DNA of 63,168 nucleotides, filler included. It is 5 parts of 5 records of this genome, joined end to end, with 100 filler letters (N's around TTAATTAATTAA, not from the genome) between each part and the next. Parts side by side here need not be neighbours in the genome. Positions count along the whole stretch, not along the records: positions 42,178 to 55,661 come from SRR20825006_791; positions 55,762 to 63,168 come from SRR20825006_799; 3 more parts are not named here. One strand, 5' to 3'. The number at the start of each line of letters is the position of its first letter. Within the stretch, counting starts at the first letter, position 1. Position numbers and translations under genes: made by a program. Shown piece by piece: positions 48,619 to 60,300 of the stretch. The notes under the pieces are model-generated. The model saw only the letters and a list, made by a program, of their open reading frames with translations, did no database searches and had not been told where the DNA came from.

Positions 48619-50502
48619 CTAATTCACCACGAAGCGAATCACTTCTTGTCCTTTCGTTTCTGGATTATCGATCACCAATAAATACGTTCCTCCCGATAAT
48701 TGTCCTACAGAAAAGTCAAGTTTTTTCATTCCTCTGCCATACGTTTGTGAAGTCGAAGAGATCACCATTCCGCTTAAATTTGTGATGCTAAAATTCAAGC
48801 TTGCATCTACACCTAATAATAGCTCTACGCTCAAAATTTCACTTGTGGGATTAGGATATGCACGGAGTACACCTATTTCACCAAGGTTCGATTCGATTGA
48901 TATAACGGTTGAATATTGATAAGCTCCATTGAAGTCGAATTCTTTGATTCTGTAATAATTCACTCCGACTGGTGCAGTTTCATCTGTAAATGCGTACTCA
49001 GAAACAGCCAAGTGTGTTCCGGAACCCTTCACCTCACCAACTTTCACGAAATCAATCCCATTTGAACTTCTTTCCACTTCAAATCGATCACAATTTACCT
49101 CGCTCAGCGTATTCCAAAATAATTCGTTATTTCCTCGTGATCGCTCTCCATAAAACTCTCCAAATTCTACAGGAAGAGTCACACAGCTAATATCAGCCGT
49201 TCCGAAAAAATCTAACGGAACACTTGTATATGCACTGCTAAAATTGGAAAAACAAATGATAAATTGTTGTCCAGCAGTTACTGTAAGTGGCGGTTCAAAA
49301 TTATTAGCAAATCCACCTGCAGGAACTGTTCCTGCGATTCCAGTATAACTATCACATGTCCCGTTCCAGTTACATCTAACAGGAGCCTGAGTTCCCGCTA
49401 CGATGTCCGCACAAACCGTTGGAGTTGCTTGCCACATAATCCAATCGTAGCAGTTTCCACCGCCCGGTGCACCAAATGAAAACTCCAAAGTTCCACCAGC
49501 ACTCACGTTAATTTCGTACCATGTACTATTCAACTCACCTGAAAGCAAACATCCAGAATTCAAACTTGCTGGGTTTATATCTGGGTTACTTGTACATGGT
49601 TGACAAAGCTCGTCCACCAAACCAAAACCATTTGGATCGACGGAGAAATTAACGTTTGTACAAATTGGAATTGCCATAGGACAATCTCCAGCAACAGAGG
49701 CAGAACTTGGACAGTTTACGTCAAACGTGACAGTATAGGCACCTGTTCCTTGTGGATCAACCAAAATATAATAGGTGTTTCCAGCTGTCCAGCTCATGGA
49801 TCCATAATTTCCTGGTGCGCCAACGTCGGAGATACAATTCCACCCTGCTGTTGGCGAACAACCGCTTGCAGCATCAAGCCACATAAAATCAATAAATCCA
49901 CCAGTGATGCCGGTAACATCAATTGAATAATTTCCCGTGAGCGGAGCAACAATGCTGTAAATAGATTCCAAACCTGGAGTACTAAAGCCGCAAGCACCAA
50001 CATCCCAAACTCCTGGACCACTTACTGAAATTCCAATACTTGCTCCACATCCAATGAGTGGTGTGATTGATGCGCAAGGACCAGCTGCGGGACAAGAAGT
50101 ACATGTAATTGTGGATACCCCACACGAAGTAGCTTGTGCACACGTAACGCAGTTAACATTATAATGAATATAAAATGTCCCAGAACTTGGGGCTACCCAT
50201 GCCAATGGTGATGTTCCAAATGCCACTACAGGTCCACCCGGAGTTCCACTTCTAACGGTGATACATCCTCCAAGATCGAACGCCGATGTATAGGAACTCC
50301 CAGAAACAATTCCGGTTACAGTATTATATTCTTCCTGATAGGTACACGAACTAATGGTGAGTGTTGAATTGTTCGTTGGCGCTGCTGCCGTTCCAAACGC
50401 GATAGTATTAGCGCATTGTCCATGTGCAAACATCTGTGCAAGACACATTAGTACAACGGAAGCGATCAGCCCAAATCTATTAAGTAATAGTAAATTTTTC
50501 AT
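48619..50502 (-). CDS. Cys-rich secreted protein with a T9SS type A sorting domain
   Basis: Signal peptide ending HG-Q, many Cys, TLPVEF...W.T.SE.N..FEVERS module, YPNPT...GTYLL C-terminal domain. Confidence 0.88.
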   Translation of the reverse strand: MKNLLLLNRFGLIASVVLMCLAQMFAHGQCANTIAFGTAAAPTNNSTLTISSCTYQEEYNTVTGIVSGSSYTSAFDLGGCITVRSGTPGGPVVAFGTSPLAWVAPSSGTFYIHYNVNCVTCAQATSCGVSTITCTSCPAAGPCASITPLIGCGASIGISVSGPGVWDVGACGFSTPGLESIYSIVAPLTGNYSIDVTGITGGFIDFMWLDAASGCSPTAGWNCISDVGAPGNYGSMSWTAGNTYYILVDPQGTGAYTVTFDVNCPSSASVAGDCPMAIPICTNVNFSVDPNGFGLVDELCQPCTSNPDINPASLNSGCLLSGELNSTWYEINVSAGGTLEFSFGAPGGGNCYDWIMWQATPTVCADIVAGTQAPVRCNWNGTCDSYTGIAGTVPAGGFANNFEPPLTVTAGQQFIICFSNFSSAYTSVPLDFFGTADISCVTLPVEFGEFYGERSRGNNELFWNTLSEVNCDRFEVERSSNGIDFVKVGEVKGSGTHLAVSEYAFTDETAPVGVNYYRIKEFDFNGAYQYSTVISIESNLGEIGVLRAYPNPTSEILSVELLLGVDASLNFSITNLSGMVISSTSQTYGRGMKKLDFSVGQLSGGTYLLVIDNPETKGQEVIRFVVN

Positions 50503-50518
50503 CTTTCTTTCGATTATG

Positions 50519-51169
50519 TTAATCGACTATTATATAGCCATTTGGGAGATTGAAATAATATTGTCTTTTATCCAGAGAAAACTGATTCCATTCAGCAATG
50601 CGAATTTTAGGAACAAGATTCTGACTTGTAATTTCTCTGTATTTTTCTGTGAAATCTCTAATCCATTGTTCCAAGCTTTTCTTGTACTGACTGTAATCTT
50701 CGGAAGAATTTCCTGTAGATACCCAACTTGGAAGTGGTCTTGGAGCTCTAATCTTTAGAACTTGTTCTTTGGTGAATCCATTTAATTCATTGTCGAGCCA
50801 TTCCTGAGATCTTAACGAAACAAGGTATTTGTCTTTGAAAAGAAAAGTGACTTCATCAGTAGGTTCACGCAGATCTTCGAAATCAACAATGTTGAACAGG
50901 TCTAAATTGTAAAACTGATGATAGCTTATTTCAATTGACTCCTCGTCTACAAGTTGAACTGTGAAAGAATTTGTGAAGTAGTCCGCAACAACCTGATACA
51001 TTTCGGGCGATTGATTCTGAATTGAAACAATTTCATTTCCGTTAAAGTATCGAAGTACAGAACGATTGTTTCTTAAGTCTATTGTTGATGTTTGCGCGAA
51101 TGATCCGTAGGTAAAAACGCACACCATTGAGAACAAAAGTCCCCAACTTTGTATAGTTGATTTTTTCAT
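50519..51169 (-). CDS. Hypothetical exported protein
   Basis: Signal peptide ending SFA-Q. Lies 16 bp upstream of the T9SS cargo gene, on the same strand. Confidence 0.7.
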   Translation of the reverse strand: MKKSTIQSWGLLFSMVCVFTYGSFAQTSTIDLRNNRSVLRYFNGNEIVSIQNQSPEMYQVVADYFTNSFTVQLVDEESIEISYHQFYNLDLFNIVDFEDLREPTDEVTFLFKDKYLVSLRSQEWLDNELNGFTKEQVLKIRAPRPLPSWVSTGNSSEDYSQYKKSLEQWIRDFTEKYREITSQNLVPKIRIAEWNQFSLDKRQYYFNLPNGYIIVD

Positions 51170-51370
51170 AGGTAAAGTAGTTCACAACTAGAATTCCAAC
51201 AGAATTGGGTCTATTTGTAATATTCTCAAAAATAAGACTATGATATTATTTATCAGGGGTTTATACGTGTTACTTACCAAACAGCTAATATTGATGAATG
51301 AAACCAACTTTCCAATGAATAATGATATATTTTCGTCGAATTAAATCGGTTTAGTAGGCTAAAACTAAAC

Positions 51371-51400
51371 AAAAAACCCGCTACCAATTAAGGCAACGGG
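51371..51400 (-). terminator. Rho-independent terminator of recA
   Basis: Minus strand CCCGTTGCC/GGTAGCGGG stem (with GU pairs) followed by TTTTTT. Confidence 0.75.
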
Positions 51401-51423
51401 ATCATTCTGCTACGATATGCAGT

Positions 51424-52455
51424 TTAGTCTTGTTCCACCAGTTCAACCTCTGCTGATGGAGCAAGCGCATCCTTAATTTTTTGTTCCAATTCTTCCATTA
51501 GTTCAGGATTATCTCTAATGATTGCTTTTACTGAATCGCGTCCTTGTCCTAGTCTCGTTTCACCGTAAGAGAACCAAGATCCGCTTTTCTTTACAATTCC
51601 TAAATCCACACCAAGATCGATAATCTCACCTACTTTAGAAATTCCTTCACCGTACATAATATCAAATTCGGCCTTTCTAAATGGTGGAGCAATTTTATTC
51701 TTAACGACTTTCACTTTCGTTCGGTTTCCAATAATTTCTTCTCCATCTTTTAATTGAGAAGATCTACGAATATCTATTCTTACGGAAGCGTAGAACTTAA
51801 GTGCATTTCCTCCTGTGGTTGTTTCAGGATTTCCGAACATCACACCAATTTTGTCTCTCAATTGGTTAATGAACACACAGCAGCAATTTGCTTTATTAAT
51901 CGAAGACGTTAGTTTACGCAATGCTTTCGACATCAAACGCGCTTGGAGTCCCATTTGAGAATCTCCCATTTCTCCTTCAATTTCCGCTTTTGGCGTAAGA
52001 GCCGCTACCGAATCTATTACAATAAGGTCGATTGCTCCTGAACGAATTAAATTGTCGGCTATCTCAAGAGCTTGCTCACCATTGTCTGGTTGCGAGATCA
52101 ATAAATTGTCGATATCGACTCCTAATTTTTTTGCATAAAACTGGTCAAAAGCGTGCTCAGCATCTATGAAAGCGGCAATTCCACCTTGTTTCTGAACTTC
52201 TGCAATCGCGTGAATTGCAAGCGTTGTTTTTCCAGAAGATTCTGGACCGTATATTTCAACTACTCTTCCTTTTGGAAGTCCTCCTACACCTAAAGCTATA
52301 TCAAGTGTTAATGATCCTGTTGGGATTACATCTACTTCGATTTTAGGAGAATCTCCTAGTTTCATTACTGCGCCTTTACCATAAGTTTTGTCTAACTTAT
52401 CCATTGTAAGTTGAAGCGCTTTTAATTTTTCTGGGTTGATTTCTTTTGCTGACAT
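51424..52455 (-). CDS. recA: Recombinase A
   Basis: [55 protein letters not shown]. Confidence 0.99.
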   Translation of the reverse strand: MSAKEINPEKLKALQLTMDKLDKTYGKGAVMKLGDSPKIEVDVIPTGSLTLDIALGVGGLPKGRVVEIYGPESSGKTTLAIHAIAEVQKQGGIAAFIDAEHAFDQFYAKKLGVDIDNLLISQPDNGEQALEIADNLIRSGAIDLIVIDSVAALTPKAEIEGEMGDSQMGLQARLMSKALRKLTSSINKANCCCVFINQLRDKIGVMFGNPETTTGGNALKFYASVRIDIRRSSQLKDGEEIIGNRTKVKVVKNKIAPPFRKAEFDIMYGEGISKVGEIIDLGVDLGIVKKSGSWFSYGETRLGQGRDSVKAIIRDNPELMEELEQKIKDALAPSAEVELVEQD

Positions 52456-52554
52456 ATCGTATGCTATTTGTTAATTATTTAGTGCTTTCGCACGAGGTTG
52501 AATAAATAAGTGACACAAAGATTAGATATCAAAACGTAATCTATTTACGTTTTA

Positions 52555-53022
52555 CTAAATGGTTGAATAAATATCTAATATTTCTTGTGCGTGATGTTTT
52601 GTTTTCGGTTTTTCAATGATTCCAACAATTGTATGTTTCTCATCGAGTAGGAATGTTGTTCTGTGGATACCATCGTAAATTTTCCCCATGAACTTCTTTT
52701 CTCCCCACACACCGTATAGATTGATGAGATTCTTGTCAACATCGGCAAGCAAAGGAAATGGCAACTCAAATTTATGAATGAATTTCTGGTGCTTTACCTC
52801 ATCATCCGCACTCACTCCAAGAATTACAATTTCTTCTTTCTGAAGAAGCTCATAATTATCACGAAGGTTACACGCTTGAGTAGTACAGCCCGGTGTATTA
52901 TCTTTGGGATAAAAGTAAATCACTACTTTTTTTCCTTTAAAATCTTTCAAGTTAACTTCTTTACCTGATTCATCCTTTGAACTAAATTCTGGAGCCTTAT
53001 CTCCAATCTTTAAGTGCTTCAT
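52555..53022 (-). CDS. bcp: Peroxiredoxin Bcp/PrxQ
   Basis: YFYPKDNTPGCTTQAC, GVSAD, GVWGEK, RTTFL. Confidence 0.95.
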   Translation of the reverse strand: MKHLKIGDKAPEFSSKDESGKEVNLKDFKGKKVVIYFYPKDNTPGCTTQACNLRDNYELLQKEEIVILGVSADDEVKHQKFIHKFELPFPLLADVDKNLINLYGVWGEKKFMGKIYDGIHRTTFLLDEKHTIVGIIEKPKTKHHAQEILDIYSTI

Positions 53023-53172
53023 TGTTGTTTTTTTAATCACTAAATGACGATTAATTAATCAAATATACATCAAAATATTAGAAATGCAAGAAAGAGGAAC
53101 CAATTTTGCCGCAACTTACTCGTTTCCAAATCATTTTAACTTTAAAAGGTTTTACAATTAAATTAATAAGCA

Positions 53173-53180
53173 TAATTTTG
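53173..53180 (+). promoter_or_regulatory. Bacteroidota -7 promoter element
   Basis: TAATTTTG matches TAnnTTTG and lies about 22 bp before ATG 53202. Confidence 0.55.
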
Positions 53181-53201
53181 CCACTTCAATTATTCAATAA
53201 T

Positions 53202-55661
53202 ATGTCACTTCGCCTAATCGTTTCGTCAATTTTAATTCTAGTTGGACATAGTTCAGTTTTGGCTATAAACACTCCGACTCAATATTTACCTTCCAACGCC
53301 AGTATCAATGCGTCTCCGTCGGCACTGTTAGATTGGTCCACTGTAAGCGGAAATACAGGATATTTATATCAAATCGACATCAATCCTTCTTTCAATTCAC
53401 CGCAACTCATTTCTGGAAGTACCGCTGTTAATGCTTCTCAAGTGAACACACCACCACTTCCATTTGGAACAACTTACTACTGGCGCGTTGCCACCACTGG
53501 TCCTATTGATACCTCTGCTTGGTCCCCGGTTTGGTCGTATACAACGCACGATCTGGTTTCCTTGAACACTCCAAGCAATGGTGCCAATAACACTACCATT
53601 AACGTAACATTGGATTGGGATAATTCTTCTGGGGTTCTTTATTACCTCTATGAGCTTGATGTTTCAAATACCTTTTCTTCTCCAGCTCTGATTTCAGGAA
53701 ATACTGGAAGTACATCTTCACAAGCAACTATAAATTATTTGCTTTTTGGAACCACCTATTATTGGAGAGTCCGTGGAGTGAGTTCAGTTGACACTACTCA
53801 ATGGAGTTCAACATGGTCATTTACGACGTATGATAACGTTACGCTTGCAACTCCTACAAATGGTGCATCGAACATTTCCGTTAATCCAATTCTCGACTGG
53901 AATACCGCGTCAGGAGCAGGAAACTACATCTATCAGGTGGACATTACAAACACCTTCTCTTCTCCTTCTTTGGTTGATGGAACAACAGGTGGAACAACTT
54001 CCCAAGTAACAATGAATAGCTTATTTTTCGGAACAACTTATTATTGGAGAGTCAAAGCCGTGAGTCCTGTTGACACCACACAATGGAGTGCTACATGGTC
54101 ATTTACGACCTATGATAACGTTATACTTGCAACGCCAACGAATGGTTCTTCGAATATCTCTATCGGTACCATTCTCGACTGGAATACAGCGTCTGCTGCG
54201 ACAAACTATTTGTATCAAGTCGACGTGTCAAATACCTTTTCTACACCTTCTTTGATTAGCAGTAACACAGGAGGAACAACGTCACAAACAACGATGACCA
54301 ATTTGCTTTACGGCACAACCTACTACTGGAGGGTAAAGGCGGTAAATCCTGTGGATACAACTCAATGGAGCGCTACTTGGTCGTTTACTACTTATGACAA
54401 TGTTACACTTGCAACACCAACGAATGGAGCAAGTAATCAATCCATCAGCCCAATCTTGGATTGGAACTCTTCTTCTGCATCAACGAACTATATTTATCAA
54501 GTAGATGTGTCGAACACCTTTTCGACTCCTTCATTAATTAATAATAATACTGGAGGAACCACTTCACAAACAAGCATGAGTAACTTATTGTACGGTACAA
54601 CTTACTACTGGAGAGTGCGCGCAGTAAGTCCAGTGGACACAACCCAATGGAGTGCTACTTGGTCGTTTACAACCTATGACAATGTTAGTCTAGTTAGTCC
54701 TTCGAATGGCGCAATCAATCAACCAATAAATCCAATTCTTGATTGGAGTTCAGCTTCGGCTTCAACGAATTACTTATATGAAGTTGATGTAACAAACACT
54801 TTCTCTTCTCCCTCTTTAATTAGTGGGAATACGGGAGGAACAACTTCGCAAACATCGATGAGCAATTTAGACTTTGGAACCGTCTACTATTGGAGAGTAC
54901 GCGCCGTAAGTCCTGTTGATACAACTCAATGGAGTACAACTTGGTCCTTTACTACTTTAGCAAATGCTGTGCATGTTTCTCCATCTAACGGGGCAATTAA
55001 TCAGCCGATAGACCCTACGCTTGATTGGAGTAATGTTTCTGGAAGCATCAGCTACACGTATCAATATGATATTACGAACACCTTCTCTTCTCCATCTTTG
55101 GTAACGAATACTATTTCGTCTTCTAGCTCTCAAGTAACACTTAATAACTTGCGCTATGGAACGACTTATTATTGGAGAGTTTCGGTAACAACCAGTTCAG
55201 GAACTACCTCGTGGACAACTCCGTGGTCATTTACTACTTACGACATGCTTAGTTTGGTTTCTCCTTCAAATGGAGCAATTAATCAATCTATCACACCACT
55301 TCTTGACTGGTCTGTAGGATCCGGCACAGGTTATACTTACGAAGTAGATCAAACAAGTGCTTTCAATTCTCCCTCGCTGATCTCTGGAAACGCTCTCTCT
55401 TCACAAGTAACGATGAGTAATTTACTTTATGGTACAACTTATTACTGGAGAGCTCGCGCGATCAGTTCTGTAGACACAACTCAATGGAGTGCTACTTGGT
55501 CTTTTACCACTTACGATAATGTTACGTTGGTTAGCCCGACAAATGGAGCAATCAATCAACCGATAGACCCGCTTCTTGATTGGACGACTGCTTCTGGTTC
55601 TACGAGCTATATCTACGAAGTGGATGTTGCGAATACGTTCAATTCTCCTTCTTTGATCACT
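53202..55661 (+). CDS. Secreted protein built of tandem ~94-aa fibronectin type III-like repeats; 3'-truncated
   Basis: Signal peptide, then eight complete units and one partial unit, each with P.NGA...LDW...Y.Y..D...F...GTTYYWRV...W..TWSFTT. DNA period of 282 bp (e.g. 53829 vs 54111). Confidence 0.9.
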
Positions 55662-55761
55662 NNNNNNNNNNNNNNNNNNNNNNNNNNNNNNNNNNNNNNN
55701 NNNNNTTAATTAATTAANNNNNNNNNNNNNNNNNNNNNNNNNNNNNNNNNNNNNNNNNNNN
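55662..55761. other. Artificial contig spacer
   Basis: 44 N + TTAATTAATTAA + 44 N. Composition returns to GC-rich afterwards. Confidence 0.98.
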
Positions 55762-55762
55762 G

Positions 55763-56560
55763 ATCGAGGATTTTGGCGATCTGACCTTTACACGGGCGCT
55801 CGACCAGAATGGGGCGTCCAAACCGGCCCTTTATCTTCGGGCGGTGGATCAGTTGATTAACCTGCATCGCTATTGCGATACAAAAACGGCGCGGGCCCGG
55901 ATGCAGGCAGAGGCCGATCTGGTGGTTTACGGGCCGGATAATTTCAGGCGTATGCTGAAAAGCTTCAAGGATGACTATCTGCCGTTGATCATTGCCGATC
56001 CGGTCCGACGCAATCAGGCCATGATTGATTTTGACGTGATGCTTGATGGCGTTTTGCCGTCATGCTGGAAAACCGGCACGGTCATCATTCACCGCGACTA
56101 TCACGTCGATAACCTGATGCTGGTTGAAAATGACGAGGGCGGCGAGGATTGCGGGATCATTGATTTTCAGGACGCCGCAATCGCCCCACGGCCCTATGAT
56201 CTGGTGTCGTTATTGCGTGATGTCCGGCATGATATCGGTTCGGAACTCGAAGCCAGTCTGAAGGATCGTTATTGTGCAGCCTTCGAAAATCTGGATCATT
56301 CCGATTTCGAAACATCATATATGGCCTGCAATATGGTAAGGAATTTCAGGATACTGGGCCGGTTTGGCTGGTTGGCGATCAAGGCGGGCAAACGACGCTA
56401 TTTCGATTTCATCCCGCGCTGCTGGGAATTGATCCTGCGCGATGCAGACCGCAATTTACCTGAATTGGCGGCATGGATTGCAAATTATATCCCGGTTGAG
56501 GCACGAATGGCCCCGTCACTTTCCGGCGCACGCCAATCGTCCGAACAGGGGGCATCCTGA
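55763..56560 (+). CDS. amgK: APH-fold anomeric MurNAc/GlcNAc kinase (AmgK-like), 5'-truncated
   Basis: IEDFGD from base 55763, HRDYHVDNL, IDFQDA, YDLVSLL.D, ILG.F. Coupled to the nucleotidyltransferase gene. Confidence 0.8.
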   Translation: MEDFGDLTFTRALDQNGASKPALYLRAVDQLINLHRYCDTKTARARMQAEADLVVYGPDNFRRMLKSFKDDYLPLIIADPVRRNQAMIDFDVMLDGVLPSCWKTGTVIIHRDYHVDNLMLVENDEGGEDCGIIDFQDAAIAPRPYDLVSLLRDVRHDIGSELEASLKDRYCAAFENLDHSDFETSYMACNMVRNFRILGRFGWLAIKAGKRRYFDFIPRCWELILRDADRNLPELAAWIANYIPVEARMAPSLSGARQSSEQGAS

Positions 56561-57333
56561 TGAGGGATAACACCGCAAAGGCGCAAGCAATGGTCCTGGC
56601 CGCGGGGTTTGGCAAACGCATGCGTCCGATCACCGATCACATGCCAAAACCACTGGTTCCGGTTGCGGGGAAGCCGATGCTTGATCATGTGCTTGATAAA
56701 CTGGCGGATGCCGGGTTTGATCAGGCGGTGGTGAATTGTCACTATCTTGGCCAGATGATTGTCGACCACGTCGCCACCCGGACCCTGCCACGGGTTCTGT
56801 GCTCGCCCGAGGAAGACTTGCTTGAAACAGGCGGTGGGGTGAAAAAGGCCCTGCCAATGCTTGATGATCAGGCTGTGCTGGTTGCCAATGCGGATGTTTT
56901 CTGGACCGAGGGGGCGGAGCCGCTTTTTGACCGCCTGACAGAGGCCTTCGATCCGGACCATATGGACGCGTTGCTTGCGATCTATCCGGTCGAAGGGGCG
57001 TTTGGTTATGACGGTGCGGGTGATTTCTTCTGGCAGGTCGATGGTCGGTTGAAGCGTCGCGGCGATGCCGTGTCTGCCCCGTATTTCTTTACCGGTGTTC
57101 AAATCCTGTCGCCGCGATTGTTTGAAAATACCCCTGATGGCGCGTTTTCATCAAATCTGGTTTACGACAAGGCTTTGGCATCGGGGCGCTGCTTTGGTTT
57201 GGTTCATGACGGGGATTATTTCCATATCGGCACGCCAGAAGCATTGGCCGATGCCGAAATCGTCATCGCAGACGCTTTGGCGCATGAAAGTGCCGCCAGA
57301 ATGGCAAAAGCAGCCAAAGCCGGGGGCGGTTGA
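56560..57333 (+). CDS. murU: N-acetylmuramate alpha-1-phosphate uridylyltransferase (MurU-like)
   Basis: AMVLAAGFGKRMRPITD..PKPL, LETGGG, HIGTPE. Canonical position between amgK and addB. Confidence 0.82.
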   Translation: MRDNTAKAQAMVLAAGFGKRMRPITDHMPKPLVPVAGKPMLDHVLDKLADAGFDQAVVNCHYLGQMIVDHVATRTLPRVLCSPEEDLLETGGGVKKALPMLDDQAVLVANADVFWTEGAEPLFDRLTEAFDPDHMDALLAIYPVEGAFGYDGAGDFFWQVDGRLKRRGDAVSAPYFFTGVQILSPRLFENTPDGAFSSNLVYDKALASGRCFGLVHDGDYFHIGTPEALADAEIVIADALAHESAARMAKAAKAGGG

Positions 57334-60300
57334 TGGCGGATCTGTTCGATTATATGGACGCCGCCGATCACTTTGCCGCACCGGCGGCACAGCCTGAAAA
57401 CCTGTTTTATATTCCGCCGGGCGCTGCATTTGCCGATCTGATCGCAAAACAGTTGATGGCGGAAACCGCAGCAGAGCCGGTCGCCTTACCTGATTATGTC
57501 CTGATGGTACCCAATCGCCGGTCGGCAAAGGTAATGCGCGATGCGTTCCTTCGTCAGTCGAATGGGGCGGTGACCATGCTGCCGACCATCCGCGCATTGG
57601 GCGAGGCTGACGAGGACGAACTGGCGATTTATGGTGCAGGCGGCGAACAGGCGGCCCTTGATCTGCCGCCATCCATTCCGGATTTGCAACGAAAACTGCT
57701 GCTAACCCGTCTGATCATGAACCGGCCCGATCATAAGGGTGATAAACCAACCGCGGATCAGGCCGCCCGTCTGGCCGGGGAACTGGCGCGGTTTCTTGAT
57801 CAGGTACAGACCGAAAATTGCAAATTTGATGATCTTAAGGGGCTGGTGCCTGCCGAATTTGCCGAACATTGGCAATTGACGCTGGAATTTCTGCAAATCC
57901 TTACCTTGCACTGGCCGGCCATTCTGGAAACCCATCAGGTCAGTGACCGGGCCATGCGCCGCAATGCCCTGATTGCCGCCCAGATTGATCTTTGGCGCGA
58001 TAACCCGCCGGCCGCACCGGTGATCATTGCCGGGTCAACCGGCCCGTTTCCGGCATTGCGTGATTTGATGAAGGCTGTGCTGGCAATGCCCCGGGGGCGC
58101 GTGGTCCTGCCCGGCCTGATGACGGGGTTGGGGCGTGATGACTGGCAGGCGATTAACGAGGATGCCACCCACCCGCAACATCTTTTGGGGACAACGTTGC
58201 GCCATATCGGGCGTGATCCGGGGACGGTCCTGATCTGGCCATCGGTACCGCAATCGTACCCGCAGGATGAAGAACGCCGACGATTGACGCGCGAGGCCCT
58301 GCGCCCGGCGCAAACAACCGACCAATGGCGCCATATCGCCAATTTCGCGCCAGAAATTCTGGATGGCGTTCTGCGGGTTGACTGCTCCGGCGCGCGCGAA
58401 GAGGCCGCGACGATTGCGCTTATGATGCGCGACGCCTTGGAACATCCCGGTAAAACCTGTGCTCTGGTAACCCCGGATCGCGGCCTGGCGCGCCGTGTTG
58501 CCACGGAACTGCGTCGCTGGGAAATCGAAATTGATGATTCCGCAGGCATTCCGTTGCATGACACAGCGCCCGCAATCTATTTGCGCCTTGTCGTGCGCGC
58601 CGTGCAGGAGCAATTTGCCCCGGTGCCCTTGCTGGAGCTTCTGAAACATCCGCTGAGTGCGGCGGGGCTTCCGCCGGAACAGTTCCGTGTCCTGGCCCGG
58701 CAAATGGAACAGTATGTTTTGCGTGGCGCGCGTCCCGGTCCGGGGCTGGACGGCTTGCAGGTGGCGCTGGATGGCTGGCGCGATGAGACGATTGATCGCA
58801 TCACCGCGTCCGGGGCGGATAACGCGGCCCCGCGGATCGAACGTATTCGCGATGATCATGCGCGACTTTCCGATCTGATTTCCCGGTTTGAAGACAGTCT
58901 TGCGCCTTTGCTCGATCTGATGGATGAAAAATCGATCTCGCCGGTGGGGGCCCTGCGCAGTCACATCATGGCCGCCGAAGCCCTTGCCGCAAGCGACGTG
59001 CAGGATGGTGCCGAACGGCTTTGGCGTGGCGAAGCGGGCGAAGCCCTGGCTGATTTCGTCCACGAATTATTGCAGGCCCTGACAGATTTCGTTCCGATGC
59101 CGGGTATCCGGTATGCAGCCTTTCTGGATGCCTTGATGGCTGATCGTGCGGTGCGTCCGCGTTATGGCAAACATCCGCGCCTGTTTATCTGGGGCACGGT
59201 CGAAGCCCAGATGCAGCAGGCCGATCTGACCATTCTGGGCGGTTTGAACGAGGGTGTCTGGCCGCCCGAGGCCGGGGCCGATCCTTGGATGAGCCGCCCG
59301 ATGCGGCGTAATTTCGGCCTTCCGGCACCTGAACATCGGGTCGGGCAATCCGCCCATGATTTTCAACAGCTTTTCTGTGCGCCTGATGTGGTCATGACCC
59401 GTGCGCTGCGCGTTGAAGGCACGCCAACTGTGCCGTCCCGCTGGTTGTTACGGATTGAAAACATTCTTCGGAAGTCGGGCGTTTCAATGGAAAAGCCGGA
59501 TGCCCATGCATGGCGTGCCTTGGCCGATCTGCTGGATGAACCGCGCGATGACATGCGCCGCAAAATTGGCCGTCCGGCACCAACGCCGCCGGTTTCCGCC
59601 CGTCCAAAACGGTTGTCGGTTACCCAGATTGAAACATGGATGCGTGATCCGTATGCGATCTATGCCCGGCATATCCTTGGTTTGCGCAAACTTGACGGGG
59701 TGGACGAAGATCCCGGTGCGGCGGATTACGGCAACCTGATCCATGATGCTCTTGATCAGTTTATTTCGAGATACCCGGATCATTTGCCACCGGATGGCGA
59801 ACAGGAATTGATCATGATCGGGCGGGCGGTGTTCAAACCGCTTGCGGCCCGGCCCGGCCTTTGGGCGTTCTGGTGGCCACGGTTCGAGAGGATTGCCCGC
59901 TGGTTCATCCAGACGGAGGCAGCACGCCGGGATCATGTGCGCAGATCCTATACCGAACAATCCGGTACGCTTGAAACCGCGACCGGGTTCGAAGTTTATG
60001 CCCGTGCGGACCGGATTGACATGCTGCGCGATGGCGGGATCGCGATCATTGATTATAAAACCGGCATGCCGCCCAGTCAGACGGACGTTGCCAATGGCTT
60101 TGCTCCGCAATTGCCGCTTGAGGCCGCGATTGCGCAGAACGGCGGATTTAAGGATGTCCCGGCCGGTCCACCGGCTTCCATGGCGTTCTGGAAGCTTTCC
60201 GGTGGCGACCCCGCAGGTGAAATCCGCGAGATTGATACCAAACGCATGAAAACCACCCCGGCGGAGCTTGCGCGTGATGCGGTGGCCGGGGTCAATGCAC

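Noticed and set aside
53202-55661. Diversity-generating retroelement template/variable repeats
   Set aside because: The repeats are in-frame protein domains. Differences look largely synonymous and are not adenine-specific, and there is no reverse transcriptase in the window.
42178-55661. AT-rich horizontally acquired island
   Set aside because: It is bounded exactly by spacers and contains Bacteroidota housekeeping genes (recA, clpP, bcp), so it is a separate organism's contig.
55763-56560. Aminoglycoside resistance gene (APH fold)
   Set aside because: The motifs (DFQDA, YDLVSLL) and coupling to murU-addB indicate the peptidoglycan-recycling kinase AmgK.
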